Part shown: positions 55,678 to 64,000 of the stretch, piece by piece
Layout of the letters: every line of letters starts with the position of its first letter
How positions within the stretch are numbered: the first letter of the stretch is position 1
DNA from: an uncultured Mycoplasmatota bacterium
Lineage (GTDB): Bacteria; Bacillota_I; Bacilli_A; RF39; UBA660
Assembly: GCA_900547465.1 (NCBI GenBank)
Contig: URHJ01000002.1
Location: forward strand, 12,280-76,279
Direction of reading: 5' to 3'
Length of the DNA stretch: 64,000 nt
Made by a program: the position numbers and the translations under genes
The notes under the pieces: model-generated
The model's database searches: none
What the model saw: only the letters and a program-made list of their open reading frames with translations
What the model was told of the DNA's origin: nothing

Positions 55678-57289
55678 ATGTGTTATTTATGATTTGTGGT
55701 TGAGGTACTGTTGGTGTTGGTGGTTGTTGCGTTATTTGTTGAGGCTGAGGATTGGTCTGATTTATGATTTGAGGTTGATTATTTTTATTAGATTGTTGCA
55801 TCATACTTAAAGCGGATTTTACGCTGGAAGTGATAACAGGTGTTGAGGCTGTTTCTTTAGCAATTGGACTTGATGACATAATTGCTGGTTGTTCATTTTG
55901 GACTTGATTAGTATAATTAGGTGTTGGTGTTTGCTGATTTGGATTTAAGCTTTGTTTTGGAACTGTAGGTACTTGTATTATTGTTTCTTCTTTAGCAGGA
56001 GGAGGTACTGTTTGCGTTGTTTCTTGTACAGTATCTTTTTGCGTATTTTCCGTATTATTGTTATCATTTTTTTGCTCTATCGAATAAATTTCATTACTAT
56101 CTGAATCTATATCAATTATTCTATATATTTCTTCAAAAGTAGTTTGTTCATTTAAAACTTTATGTAGTCCATCTTGAAGTAGAGTTGTGACATTAGATGT
56201 ATAAACAAGTCTTCTTAAATCATCTTTTTCTAGATTTTCATCATTTAGGGCATCACGCATTTCATCGTCAATTTCAAGTACTTCTTGGACTGCTATACGT
56301 CCTTTATACCCTTTATGGCATTCGCTACAACCTTTTTTGTTGGCATCATATAATGAATCAACATCAAGATTTAAAACCTTTTTAAATATTTTCTTTTCAT
56401 ATGGTGTTGTTTCCCTTTTTACTTTGCATTTTGGACATAACGTTTTTGCAAGTCTTTGAGAGATAATACCTGTCATAGCACTTGATAATAGGTATCTTTC
56501 AACGTCCATATCTAGTAAACGTTCTATGGTTGATAATGAATTGTTTGTATGGATAGTTGATAAAACTAAATGTCCAGTTATTGAAGCACGTACTGCAATT
56601 TTGGCGGTTTCAGAATCACGAATTTCTCCAATTAATATAATATTTGGATCTTGTCTTAGGATTGATCTTAATACGGTAGCAAAGTCTAGTCCAATTTCAC
56701 TGTTTACTTGTACTTGATTCATTCCTTCTATATTCATTTCTATTGGGTCTTCTACTGTAATAATATTTGTTTCTGTTTTGTTTAACTCTTGCAAAATAGA
56801 GTAAGTAGTAGTACTTTTACCAGTACCTGTTGCTCCTGTTACTAAAATTATTCCATTTGGAACTTGAATCATTCTCTTAATTCTTTTTAAATTCTCTTCT
56901 GAAAAACCTAAATGATCTATACCTTGCAAACTTCTAGTATAATCAAGAATACGGATAACGATTTTTTCTCCTTCATTGGTTGGTAGACATGATACACGCA
57001 TATCTAGATCTAAATTTCCAAATTTTCCTTTAATTGCTCCGTCTTGTGGAAGTCTTGATTCTGTGATATTCATGTTAGCAAGTAATTTAAGTCTAGTTGT
57101 TAAGTTTCGTTCATATTCTTCTGGTATTAAAGTATAGTCTTGTAAGTCACCATCAACTCTAATCCTAACCATAAGTCCATTTTCTCTAGGATCGAAATGG
57201 ATATCACTGGCACCACTTTTTGCTGAATACATAATGATATAATCGGCAATTTGGGTAATAGGTGTCTTTTTATAATCAAATGTAACCAT
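55676..57289 (-). CDS. PilB/GspE/ComGA-family secretion ATPase with a 143-aa low-complexity P/Q/T/N-rich C-terminal extension
   Basis: Walker A GATGTGKST, Asp box TVEDPIE, Walker B ILIGEIRD, His box GHLVLSTIHTN, tetracysteine CPKC...CSEC. The tail reads ...TQTVPPPAKEE...NQPQIINQTNPQPQQITQQPPTPTVPQPQIINNT. Confidence 0.9.
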   Translation of the reverse strand: MVTFDYKKTPITQIADYIIMYSAKSGASDIHFDPRENGLMVRIRVDGDLQDYTLIPEEYERNLTTRLKLLANMNITESRLPQDGAIKGKFGNLDLDMRVSCLPTNEGEKIVIRILDYTRSLQGIDHLGFSEENLKRIKRMIQVPNGIILVTGATGTGKSTTTYSILQELNKTETNIITVEDPIEMNIEGMNQVQVNSEIGLDFATVLRSILRQDPNIILIGEIRDSETAKIAVRASITGHLVLSTIHTNNSLSTIERLLDMDVERYLLSSAMTGIISQRLAKTLCPKCKVKRETTPYEKKIFKKVLNLDVDSLYDANKKGCSECHKGYKGRIAVQEVLEIDDEMRDALNDENLEKDDLRRLVYTSNVTTLLQDGLHKVLNEQTTFEEIYRIIDIDSDSNEIYSIEQKNDNNNTENTQKDTVQETTQTVPPPAKEETIIQVPTVPKQSLNPNQQTPTPNYTNQVQNEQPAIMSSSPIAKETASTPVITSSVKSALSMMQQSNKNNQPQIINQTNPQPQQITQQPPTPTVPQPQIINNT

Positions 57290-57387
57290 AAATTTTCAAC
57301 CCCTTTTTGTCTACTTTCCTATGGTATTTTATCTTACTTTATTATATAATATATTTATCATAATAGCAAGGAGTGGACTTTAAAAAG

Positions 57388-57951
57388 ATGAAAAAAATGG
57401 GTAATAAGGGATTTGCTTTAGTAGAAACTTTAATTGTAGCTACTTTTGTTATGGGAATTTTAACTTTAATTTTCACTAACTATTTGCCGATGATGGGTAA
57501 GTATGAAAAAAGGGAAAGATATGATGATATAGATAGTGTGTATAATACTTATCTTATAAAAAATATGTTGGAATATAGCTCTAATGGTAAATTATCATTA
57601 AGTGATAGTAATTTATATAAAGGTATTAATTGTAGTATTTATAACAATACAGACTATCTTGATTATTGTCAAAACTTATTTTCTAGTACAGGTGTTTATT
57701 CAATTATTTTAACTCATTATAATATTAAATCACTTAAAAATAATATGCCTTCTGGTATAAATGATAGCTTAAAAGATTACATATTATCTTTAGCTAATTA
57801 TAATACAAATAAAAGTAATCCTCAGAATTATAAGTATAGGATTATAGTTCAATATAAACATGTAGTTAACAGTGAAAATACTGCAGATGATGCTTTAGAA
57901 GATAATGATCATGTTTATTTTAGTTATTCTACGATTGGAGTAAGTTTATGA
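57388..57951 (+). CDS. Prepilin-type (pseudopilin) protein
   Basis: MKKMGNKG-FALVETLIVATFVMGILTLIF (G-1, F+1, E+5). It is divergent from the ATPase gene. The start could be 57388 or 57397. Confidence 0.75.
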   Translation: MKKMGNKGFALVETLIVATFVMGILTLIFTNYLPMMGKYEKRERYDDIDSVYNTYLIKNMLEYSSNGKLSLSDSNLYKGINCSIYNNTDYLDYCQNLFSSTGVYSIILTHYNIKSLKNNMPSGINDSLKDYILSLANYNTNKSNPQNYKYRIIVQYKHVVNSENTADDALEDNDHVYFSYSTIGVSL

Positions 57952-58586
57952 TGAAGATGAAAAAACTAAATAATAAAGGAATGACTTTAATAGAAATAAT
58001 TGTTTGTTTTGTTATTGTTGTTGTGATAGTACTTTCTATGCTTAAAGTTGTAAATAATTATAAGGATAAACAAGATATCGAGTCGTATAAAAGTGCTATT
58101 TTTACATATAAGAATACTCTTACTAAAACAGTTTGGGACGATATTATTAAACATCAAGGAATAGTAAAATATGAAGATATTACTTCCAATTATAATACAA
58201 CTGGAATAGAGGTTGAATATAGATTATATTTTAGAGATGGGATAACTGCAAAGTTAACGATTTTTAAAAGAATAGTAGCGACAGGAGATGTTGATAGAAT
58301 AAATGAAGATAATAGTGTGTATTATGTTATGTATGGGTTAGGTGGAAAACAAGAAAAGTTTACATTTCCAAGTATTTATAATGTTCAATTTAATCAATGT
58401 GTTGTGAATGAAATTGAATTCTCAGGAGAAGGTGCCAAGAAAAAAGGCAAAATGATCCATATTTATATCGGAATTTATAATCCTGATCTTCAAATAGGTG
58501 ATAAATATAATGTTTTAGATATATATACTCCTGATGTATCAGATTATTATTATGCACTTACTAATGGTAAGGAATATAACAATTGA
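57948..58586 (+). CDS. Prepilin-type (pseudopilin) protein
   Basis: MMKMKKLNNKG-MTLIEIIVCFVIVVVIVL (G-1, M+1, E+5). ATGA overlap with the previous gene. Confidence 0.75.
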   Translation: MMKMKKLNNKGMTLIEIIVCFVIVVVIVLSMLKVVNNYKDKQDIESYKSAIFTYKNTLTKTVWDDIIKHQGIVKYEDITSNYNTTGIEVEYRLYFRDGITAKLTIFKRIVATGDVDRINEDNSVYYVMYGLGGKQEKFTFPSIYNVQFNQCVVNEIEFSGEGAKKKGKMIHIYIGIYNPDLQIGDKYNVLDIYTPDVSDYYYALTNGKEYNN

Positions 58587-59462
58587 TATGGCACATTGAC
58601 AAAGTCTTCCTATTAAAAAGTTAGTATATTTTATGTTACTGTTTGAAATGATACTAGCTACTTGCATATTTATATTTATTCCACCAAAAGCTAAGAAAGT
58701 TAAAATTAGGATAGCTTTTAAGGTTATGAAACCTGATAAATTAGTTAGACTTGTTATTCCTCTAGTGATATCGAAGAAACCATTAATTAGAATAGTTACT
58801 AATTGATTATGATGGAACAATTTCGTTATTAAACCAGTTACTATATAGAAAAAACAAGTGTTTCCTAGTATTATTACAAGTAATTTAGAAGAAGAGATTA
58901 TAGAAGATGTTAAATTAGTTGAAAAGTTTGGTACTTTTAAAGGTACTAGACTTTTTTTATTATTTTTAATTTGTTTTGGTCGAATAATAAAACCTAGAAT
59001 TAGATTAGAAAGATACATACAAATAAGAATTATATAAGATAGTCTTGTACTTTTAAATAGCCCTTTTGTTACTGTAAGAACAAATAAAGGATTGGCAAAG
59101 TGAGTAAATGTAATTAGATAATTGGCTTCGTCTATATCTATTAACTTTCTATCTAAGAGTGTTTTTATATATTTGGCACCACTAGGGAAACCTGATAACA
59201 TACTCATGATAATCACAAAGCTTGAAGCACCTTCAACATGAAATATTCTTTTTGTAACTCCTTTTAAGTACTTGTTTAAAGTAATTGGAAAATTATAACT
59301 AATAAGTAAGTCGCTTACTAAAAAAAATGGAAATATTGATGGAAAAAGAGTATTTATAAATACTTTTAAAGCTTCTAATATTTCTGTTGTAATTATATTT
59401 GGGGTTATTAATAGTGACAAAAATATGACAACAATAACTACTTCTAATAATTTATTTTTCAT
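58539..59462 (-). CDS. ylbJ: YlbJ-like nucleoside-recognition-domain integral membrane protein (sporulation membrane protein family)
   Basis: N-terminal ...ALKVFINTLFPSIFPFFLVSDLL, polytopic, next to a ylbL homolog as in B. subtilis. Confidence 0.6.
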   Translation of the reverse strand: MKNKLLEVVIVVIFLSLLITPNIITTEILEALKVFINTLFPSIFPFFLVSDLLISYNFPITLNKYLKGVTKRIFHVEGASSFVIIMSMLSGFPSGAKYIKTLLDRKLIDIDEANYLITFTHFANPLFVLTVTKGLFKSTRLSYIILICMYLSNLILGFIIRPKQIKNNKKSLVPLKVPNFSTNLTSSIISSSKLLVIILGNTCFFYIVTGLITKLFHHNQLVTILINGFFDITRGITSLTNLSGFITLKAILILTFLAFGGININMQVASIISNSNIKYTNFLIGRLCQCAISIVIFLTISKCIIII

Positions 59463-59507
59463 AATTCACCAACTTTTTGATATAATTAAACATAAAGGAC
59501 TGATGTT

Positions 59508-60527
59508 ATGTTTAGTAAGTTTTATGAAAAAATAAAGCAGTTTATTAAGGAAAATTACAAAACTTTAATTTTTTTCATTTTCTTATATATTTTATTTTTA
59601 TATCCCGTTGATTATTACATTATTACTGGTGGAGGTATAATGGAAGTAGGAAGTAGAATAAGGGTAGAAGATGAGTACAAATCTAAGGGAAGTCTTAATC
59701 TTGCTTATGTTTCAGAAGCTAAGGGTACTATTGCTACATATTTGCTTAGTTATATTGTTCCTGATTTTGAAAGAATTAAAGTTAGTGATTACACTTACGA
59801 TAATAGTGAAGATGTTGAAGATGTCGAATTTAGAGGGGAAATTGACTTATTAAATGCTAGTGATAATGCTATTAAGAATGCTTATTTAAAAGCCAAGAAA
59901 AAATATGAGGTTACTGAGACTAATTTATATGTTTATTACAAAGATAAAATGCATAAGAATGATTTTAGAGTTGGGGATAAGATTTTAAAAGTTGATGATA
60001 CTCCTATTACTTGTGCAGATGATTATAAAAATATAGTAAGTACTAAAGAAGCTGGAGATAAAATTAAAGTATTAGTTGAAAGAAAAAATAAGAAAAAATT
60101 AATTGAAGTTAGACTATATAAACAAGAAGGTAGACTTGTTTCAGGTATATATATAAGTGAAGTACATAAATATAAAACTGATCCAAAAGTAGAAATAAAA
60201 TTTAAAAAATCAGAATCAGGACCTTCTGGAGGCCTTATAGAAACACTTGATATTTATAATAAGATTACAAAGAAAGATGTTACAAAGGGTTTGAAAATTG
60301 CTGGTACAGGTGAAATTGATAAAGATGGTAATATTGGTACTATTGGTGGTGTTAAATATAAACTTCTTGGAGCAGAAAAAAAACATGCTGATATCTTTTT
60401 GGTACCTAATGGGGAAAATTATAAAGAATGTATAAAATTAAAAAAAGAAAGAAATTTAAAAATAAAAGTAATTGGTGTATCAACTTTTTCTGAAGCAGTT
60501 GATAAATTAAATAGAATTAATGCCTAA
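59508..60527 (+). CDS. ylbL: YlbL/SepM-family membrane-anchored PDZ plus Lon-like (S16) serine protease
   Basis: N-terminal TM helix, PDZ (GDKILKVDDTPI), and Lon C-terminal motifs SGPSGGL and GTGEIDKDGNIGTIGGVKYKLLGA. Confidence 0.75.
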   Translation: MFSKFYEKIKQFIKENYKTLIFFIFLYILFLYPVDYYIITGGGIMEVGSRIRVEDEYKSKGSLNLAYVSEAKGTIATYLLSYIVPDFERIKVSDYTYDNSEDVEDVEFRGEIDLLNASDNAIKNAYLKAKKKYEVTETNLYVYYKDKMHKNDFRVGDKILKVDDTPITCADDYKNIVSTKEAGDKIKVLVERKNKKKLIEVRLYKQEGRLVSGIYISEVHKYKTDPKVEIKFKKSESGPSGGLIETLDIYNKITKKDVTKGLKIAGTGEIDKDGNIGTIGGVKYKLLGAEKKHADIFLVPNGENYKECIKLKKERNLKIKVIGVSTFSEAVDKLNRINA

Positions 60528-60545
60528 ATTTAGGCGTTTTTCTTT
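60522..60545 (+). terminator. Rho-independent terminator after ylbL
   Basis: gcctaaa/tttaggc followed by gttttt. Confidence 0.6.
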
Positions 60546-60590
60546 GCTATTTTTTGGAAGTTTGATATAATAATTTTAGTGGTGAAGTAT

Positions 60591-63155
60591 ATGAAAAGAA
60601 GTACAGTAGACAGGACTAAATTAAGTCCTATGATGGTTCAATATATGGAAATAAAAGATAAGCATGAAGATTGTATTATCTTTTTTAGACTTGGGGACTT
60701 TTATGAAATGTTTTTTGATGATGCAATTATAGCATCTCGTGAATTAGAACTTACCTTAACTGGTAAAAATGCTGGGTTAGAAGAAAGGGTTCCTATGTGT
60801 GGAATTCCTCATCATGCATATTCTTCTTATATAGATACGTTAGTAGAAAAGGGATATAAAGTAGCAATTGTTGAACAATTAGAAGATCCTAAAGAGACTA
60901 AAGGTATGGTTAAAAGAGGGGTAGTTCAGATTGTTACTAAAGGTACTAGAATTGATAATAACTTAGACAGTAAGAATAATAATTATATAGCTAATATTTA
61001 TGACTTTGATTATTGCAAGGGAATTAGTTTTACTGATGTTTCTACGGGATATTTTGGAGCATTTTTATTGGAGGGTGACGTTGATCACGTTGTGAGAGAA
61101 ATTGTAAAACGTGGATTTCGTGAGATTATTGTAAGTGAAGGTACTGATAGGGAATTAATCAATATTTTAAGAGTACAATATGGTGTTTTAGTTAGTATTG
61201 TTAAAGATGTTAGTGAAGATGATGATTATTCATATATTTATAGTGATATAGAAGATATTAGATTGACTACTACTATTAAACATTTACTTTCTTATGTTTT
61301 GGAAACTAAAAAGGGTGATCTTCATCATTTACAAAAGTGTGAAATTATAAAAAGAGGCAATACTTTATTATTTGATAATAATACTAAGAAAAACCTTGAA
61401 TTAGTTGAAACAATTAGATCAAGAGATAGACAATATAGTTTGTTATGGCTTTTGGATAAATGCAAAACTGCAATGGGTTCAAGGTTTTTAAAGGAAAATA
61501 TAGAAAATCCACTTACTAGTAAGACTGAAATCGAAAGAAGATATCACTTTGTAGAAAAATTATCTACTGAGTTTATTTTAAGAGATGATTTGAGAAATTT
61601 TTTAGATGAGGTATATGATTTAGAACGACTTGCAGGTAGAATTAGTTATGGTAATTTAAATGCTAGGGATATGTTACAGTTAAAAAAGAGTTTGAAGGCT
61701 TTACCTAAGATTAAAAAAACTTTAGAAGCTCTTTCTTATGATAAGACGATTGAAACATTAGATGAAGTGTATGCTTTACTTGAAAAATCTATTCATGAAG
61801 AAGCTCCTTTAACATTAAAGGAAGGTTCTATCATAAAGAGTGGATATAATGCTGAGTTAGATGAATTACGTAGCTTAAGTAGTGGTTCTAAAGATTTTAT
61901 TTTAAATATAGAAAAGATTGAAAAAGAACGTACTGGAATTAAAAATTTAAAGGTTGGCTTTAATAAAGTATTTGGTTATTATATTGAAGTGAGTAAAGGA
62001 CAAACACAATATATAAAAGAAGAATACGGGTATGAAAGAAAACAAACTTTAGCTAATTGTGAAAGATATATTACAAAGGAATTAAAAGAAAAGGAAAATA
62101 TAATTCTTGGAGCAGAAGAAAAAATAATACGTTTGGAATATAAATTATTTATGGATATTCGTGAGACTGTTAAAAGATATATTACAAATCTTCAAAAAAT
62201 TGCGGAAGTTATTAGTGAAGTTGATATGTTACAGTCATTTTCTGTTGTTAGTGATGAGAATAAATTTGTTAAACCAGAACTAACTTTAGATAAAGTTATG
62301 AAATTAGTTGATTGTAGGCATCCTGTGGTTGAAAAAGTAATAAAAGATAAGTATGTTGCGAACGATGTTATGATGGATAAAAATACAGATATACTATTAA
62401 TAACAGGTCCTAATATGGCTGGTAAATCAACTTATATGAGACAAACAGCAATTACCGTTATAATGGCTCAAATCGGGTGTTTTGTTCCTTGCAAGAGTGC
62501 TATACTTCCTATTTTTGATAAAATCTTTACAAGAATTGGGGCTAGTGATGATTTAGTAAGTGGTGAATCTACCTTTATGGTTGAAATGAAAGAAGCTAAC
62601 TTAGCTATTAGTGAAGCAACTGAAAATAGTTTAATTCTTTTTGATGAGTTAGGTAGAGGTACTGCAACATATGATGGTATAGCTCTTGCTCAGGCAATAC
62701 TTGAATATATTCATGATAATATAAAAGCAAAAACTATGTTTTCTACACACTATCATGAATTAACTATTTTGGAACATAATTTAAAACATTTAAAGAATGT
62801 ACATGTTTCTGCGAAAGAAGAAAATGGAAAGATAACTTTCTTACATAAAATAAAAGCAGGTTCTGTAGATAAAAGTTATGGTATTCATGTTGCAGGGCTT
62901 GCTAATCTTCCAAATGATTTAATTAATAGGAGTAGAGAGATACTTGATATGTATGAACATAAAAATTCTAAAACTGAAGTATTTACTCAAACATCACTAT
63001 TTGAATTAACGGAAGAAGAAATTGATAAAAATGTGGAAAAACCATCTTTTGTTGAAGAAGAATTAAAAAATATTAGGCCACTAGAAATGACCCCTATGGA
63101 AGCACTTAGTTTTTTATATAATTTAAAACAAAAAATGGAAGAGAGTAGCAAGTAA
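60591..63155 (+). CDS. mutS: DNA mismatch repair protein MutS
   Basis: LSPMMVQYMEIKDKHEDCIIFFRLGDFYEMFFDDA, Walker A GPNMAGKST, DELGRGT and STHYHEL. The ATG at 60591 is the start. Confidence 0.95.
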   Translation: MKRSTVDRTKLSPMMVQYMEIKDKHEDCIIFFRLGDFYEMFFDDAIIASRELELTLTGKNAGLEERVPMCGIPHHAYSSYIDTLVEKGYKVAIVEQLEDPKETKGMVKRGVVQIVTKGTRIDNNLDSKNNNYIANIYDFDYCKGISFTDVSTGYFGAFLLEGDVDHVVREIVKRGFREIIVSEGTDRELINILRVQYGVLVSIVKDVSEDDDYSYIYSDIEDIRLTTTIKHLLSYVLETKKGDLHHLQKCEIIKRGNTLLFDNNTKKNLELVETIRSRDRQYSLLWLLDKCKTAMGSRFLKENIENPLTSKTEIERRYHFVEKLSTEFILRDDLRNFLDEVYDLERLAGRISYGNLNARDMLQLKKSLKALPKIKKTLEALSYDKTIETLDEVYALLEKSIHEEAPLTLKEGSIIKSGYNAELDELRSLSSGSKDFILNIEKIEKERTGIKNLKVGFNKVFGYYIEVSKGQTQYIKEEYGYERKQTLANCERYITKELKEKENIILGAEEKIIRLEYKLFMDIRETVKRYITNLQKIAEVISEVDMLQSFSVVSDENKFVKPELTLDKVMKLVDCRHPVVEKVIKDKYVANDVMMDKNTDILLITGPNMAGKSTYMRQTAITVIMAQIGCFVPCKSAILPIFDKIFTRIGASDDLVSGESTFMVEMKEANLAISEATENSLILFDELGRGTATYDGIALAQAILEYIHDNIKAKTMFSTHYHELTILEHNLKHLKNVHVSAKEENGKITFLHKIKAGSVDKSYGIHVAGLANLPNDLINRSREILDMYEHKNSKTEVFTQTSLFELTEEEIDKNVEKPSFVEEELKNIRPLEMTPMEALSFLYNLKQKMEESSK

Positions 63156-63216
63156 AAAATTCTTGCTTTTTTTATTGCTTTATGGTATAATATGCGGTAC
63201 TTAAGGGGGATTTAGT

Positions 63217-64000
63217 ATGAATGATAAACAAGAAGTATTAAAGTTAATTAATGATTTTTATAATTGTGATGAATATGAAGGTAGTAATTTGGATAGTGAC
63301 TTAAAAGATCAGTTAACTAAATATATTTATGAATGGTATCAAAATAATTTAGATAAATTAATAGGAAATAATAAAAGAAAATGTCGTGTAAAATGGGCAT
63401 TATCTAGATTTATTGCTAATAAAGTATGGAAAGGTTCACATGAAGAAATATTTAGAATAAAAAGTGAATTAGAAGATAATCTAGATTTGATTATTGATGG
63501 AAGATTAATGCAAGATATTGACTATGATGAAGATATTTTTGAGTTATCTCCAAAAAAAGGGTTAACTTTAAATGTTAAATACAAAACTATTAGTAATTCA
63601 TTTAAAGCGTTATCAACTTATATGATTGAAAATGATATGGATAAAGATTTTACAAGCGGGTTAATGAAATTTATACCTGAAAAAGCAAATAAAGATTTAT
63701 CAAGTGAAACAGTAAGTGATTTAGAAAAAGAAAAAAGTGAAGATACAATAGATGTTCAAAAGATGTTTTTCTTTAATTCCTCTTCATTTGATGGGATAAA
63801 ATCATGTGTATTCTATGATGGAGGCTGTGATATTGTTTCTCCAGAAGTTAGTGCAATGACGTTACAAAATTACATTATTAATCATAACTATAAAAGTAAA
63901 GCTGAAATAGTAGATGATGGTAATATCCAATTTCAAAATGATGATATGTTAGAGAAGGTTATAGAAAAATATGGTCTTTCTTTTGATAAGAAGAACTTAC
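63217..64000 (+). CDS. Hypothetical protein, 3' end outside the window
   Basis: The ATG at 63217 lies about 7 nt after RBS AAGGGGGA. The frame stays open for 261 codons to the window edge (checked by hand). No family recognised. Confidence 0.55.
   Translation, partial: MNDKQEVLKLINDFYNCDEYEGSNLDSDLKDQLTKYIYEWYQNNLDKLIGNNKRKCRVKWALSRFIANKVWKGSHEEIFRIKSELEDNLDLIIDGRLMQDIDYDEDIFELSPKKGLTLNVKYKTISNSFKALSTYMIENDMDKDFTSGLMKFIPEKANKDLSSETVSDLEKEKSEDTIDVQKMFFFNSSSFDGIKSCVFYDGGCDIVSPEVSAMTLQNYIINHNYKSKAEIVDDGNIQFQNDDMLEKVIEKYGLSFDKKNL

Noticed and set aside
56197-56717. Two plus-strand ORFs (62 and 63 aa) inside the PilB-like ATPase gene
   Set aside because: They are antisense to the conserved ATPase core (His box and tetracysteine region).
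58539-58586. 48-bp convergent overlap between the pseudopilin 3' end and the ylbJ-like 3' end
   Set aside because: It may simply reflect slightly over-long terminal extensions in AT-rich sequence. There is no independent evidence of antisense regulation, so I noted it without pursuing it.
1-64000. Possible Mollicutes-type code (UGA read as Trp), considered because of the extreme AT richness
   Set aside because: TGA terminates several well-delimited genes at the expected ends (for example tmk at 55667-55669 and the pseudopilin at 57949-57951), and all conserved proteins are full length under the standard code.

Overview
This is a very AT-rich, gene-dense chromosomal segment from a low-GC Gram-positive bacterium (Bacillota). 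Bacillus-like local synteny (rplU-prp-rpmA-obg, tkt-sirA-yneF, ylbD-ylbE-ylbF-rsmD, ylbJ-ylbL) and SpoIIID-, SirA-, YlbJ- and YlbD-like genes suggest a spore-forming lineage, possibly Erysipelotrichales- or Clostridia-like; that placement is by eye only. The standard genetic code applies, with TGA used as a stop. I call about 55 protein genes, nearly all on the + strand, plus 2 tRNAs. I saw no rRNA, CRISPR array, transposase, integrase or phage genes. Most of the content is housekeeping: L21/Prp/L27, Obg, SodA, Tkt, UvrC, MutL, MiaA, ParE/ParC, RsmD, AddB/AddA, CBS-type PPase, DUF368 plus UppP, PGM/PMM, HelD, Hsp20, LepA, HemW, Tmk and MutS. Seven things deserve a second look. (1) A dispersed, incomplete type IV pilus/Com-like gene set: a lone PilB-type ATPase with a 143-aa P/Q/T/N-rich tail and four to five prepilin-like genes in three loci, each beside DNA repair or recombination genes, with no platform protein or prepilin peptidase in the window. 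(2) The rsmD ORF has no stop codon and reads in frame into a pilin-like ORF just after an A8 tract. (3) An FtsX/MacB-type permease is split by a frameshift at an A13 tract. (4) A hybrid histidine kinase is followed by two tandem paralogous Hpt-receiver fusion proteins with no output domain. (5) A signal-peptide-less protein carries about 14 tandem 21-aa LRR-like repeats behind an uncharacterised N-terminal domain. (6) A CIRCE-like operator overlaps a near-consensus promoter upstream of hsp20. (7) parE and parC are separated by an inserted unknown gene. All homology calls rest on by-eye motif recognition; no database search was possible.
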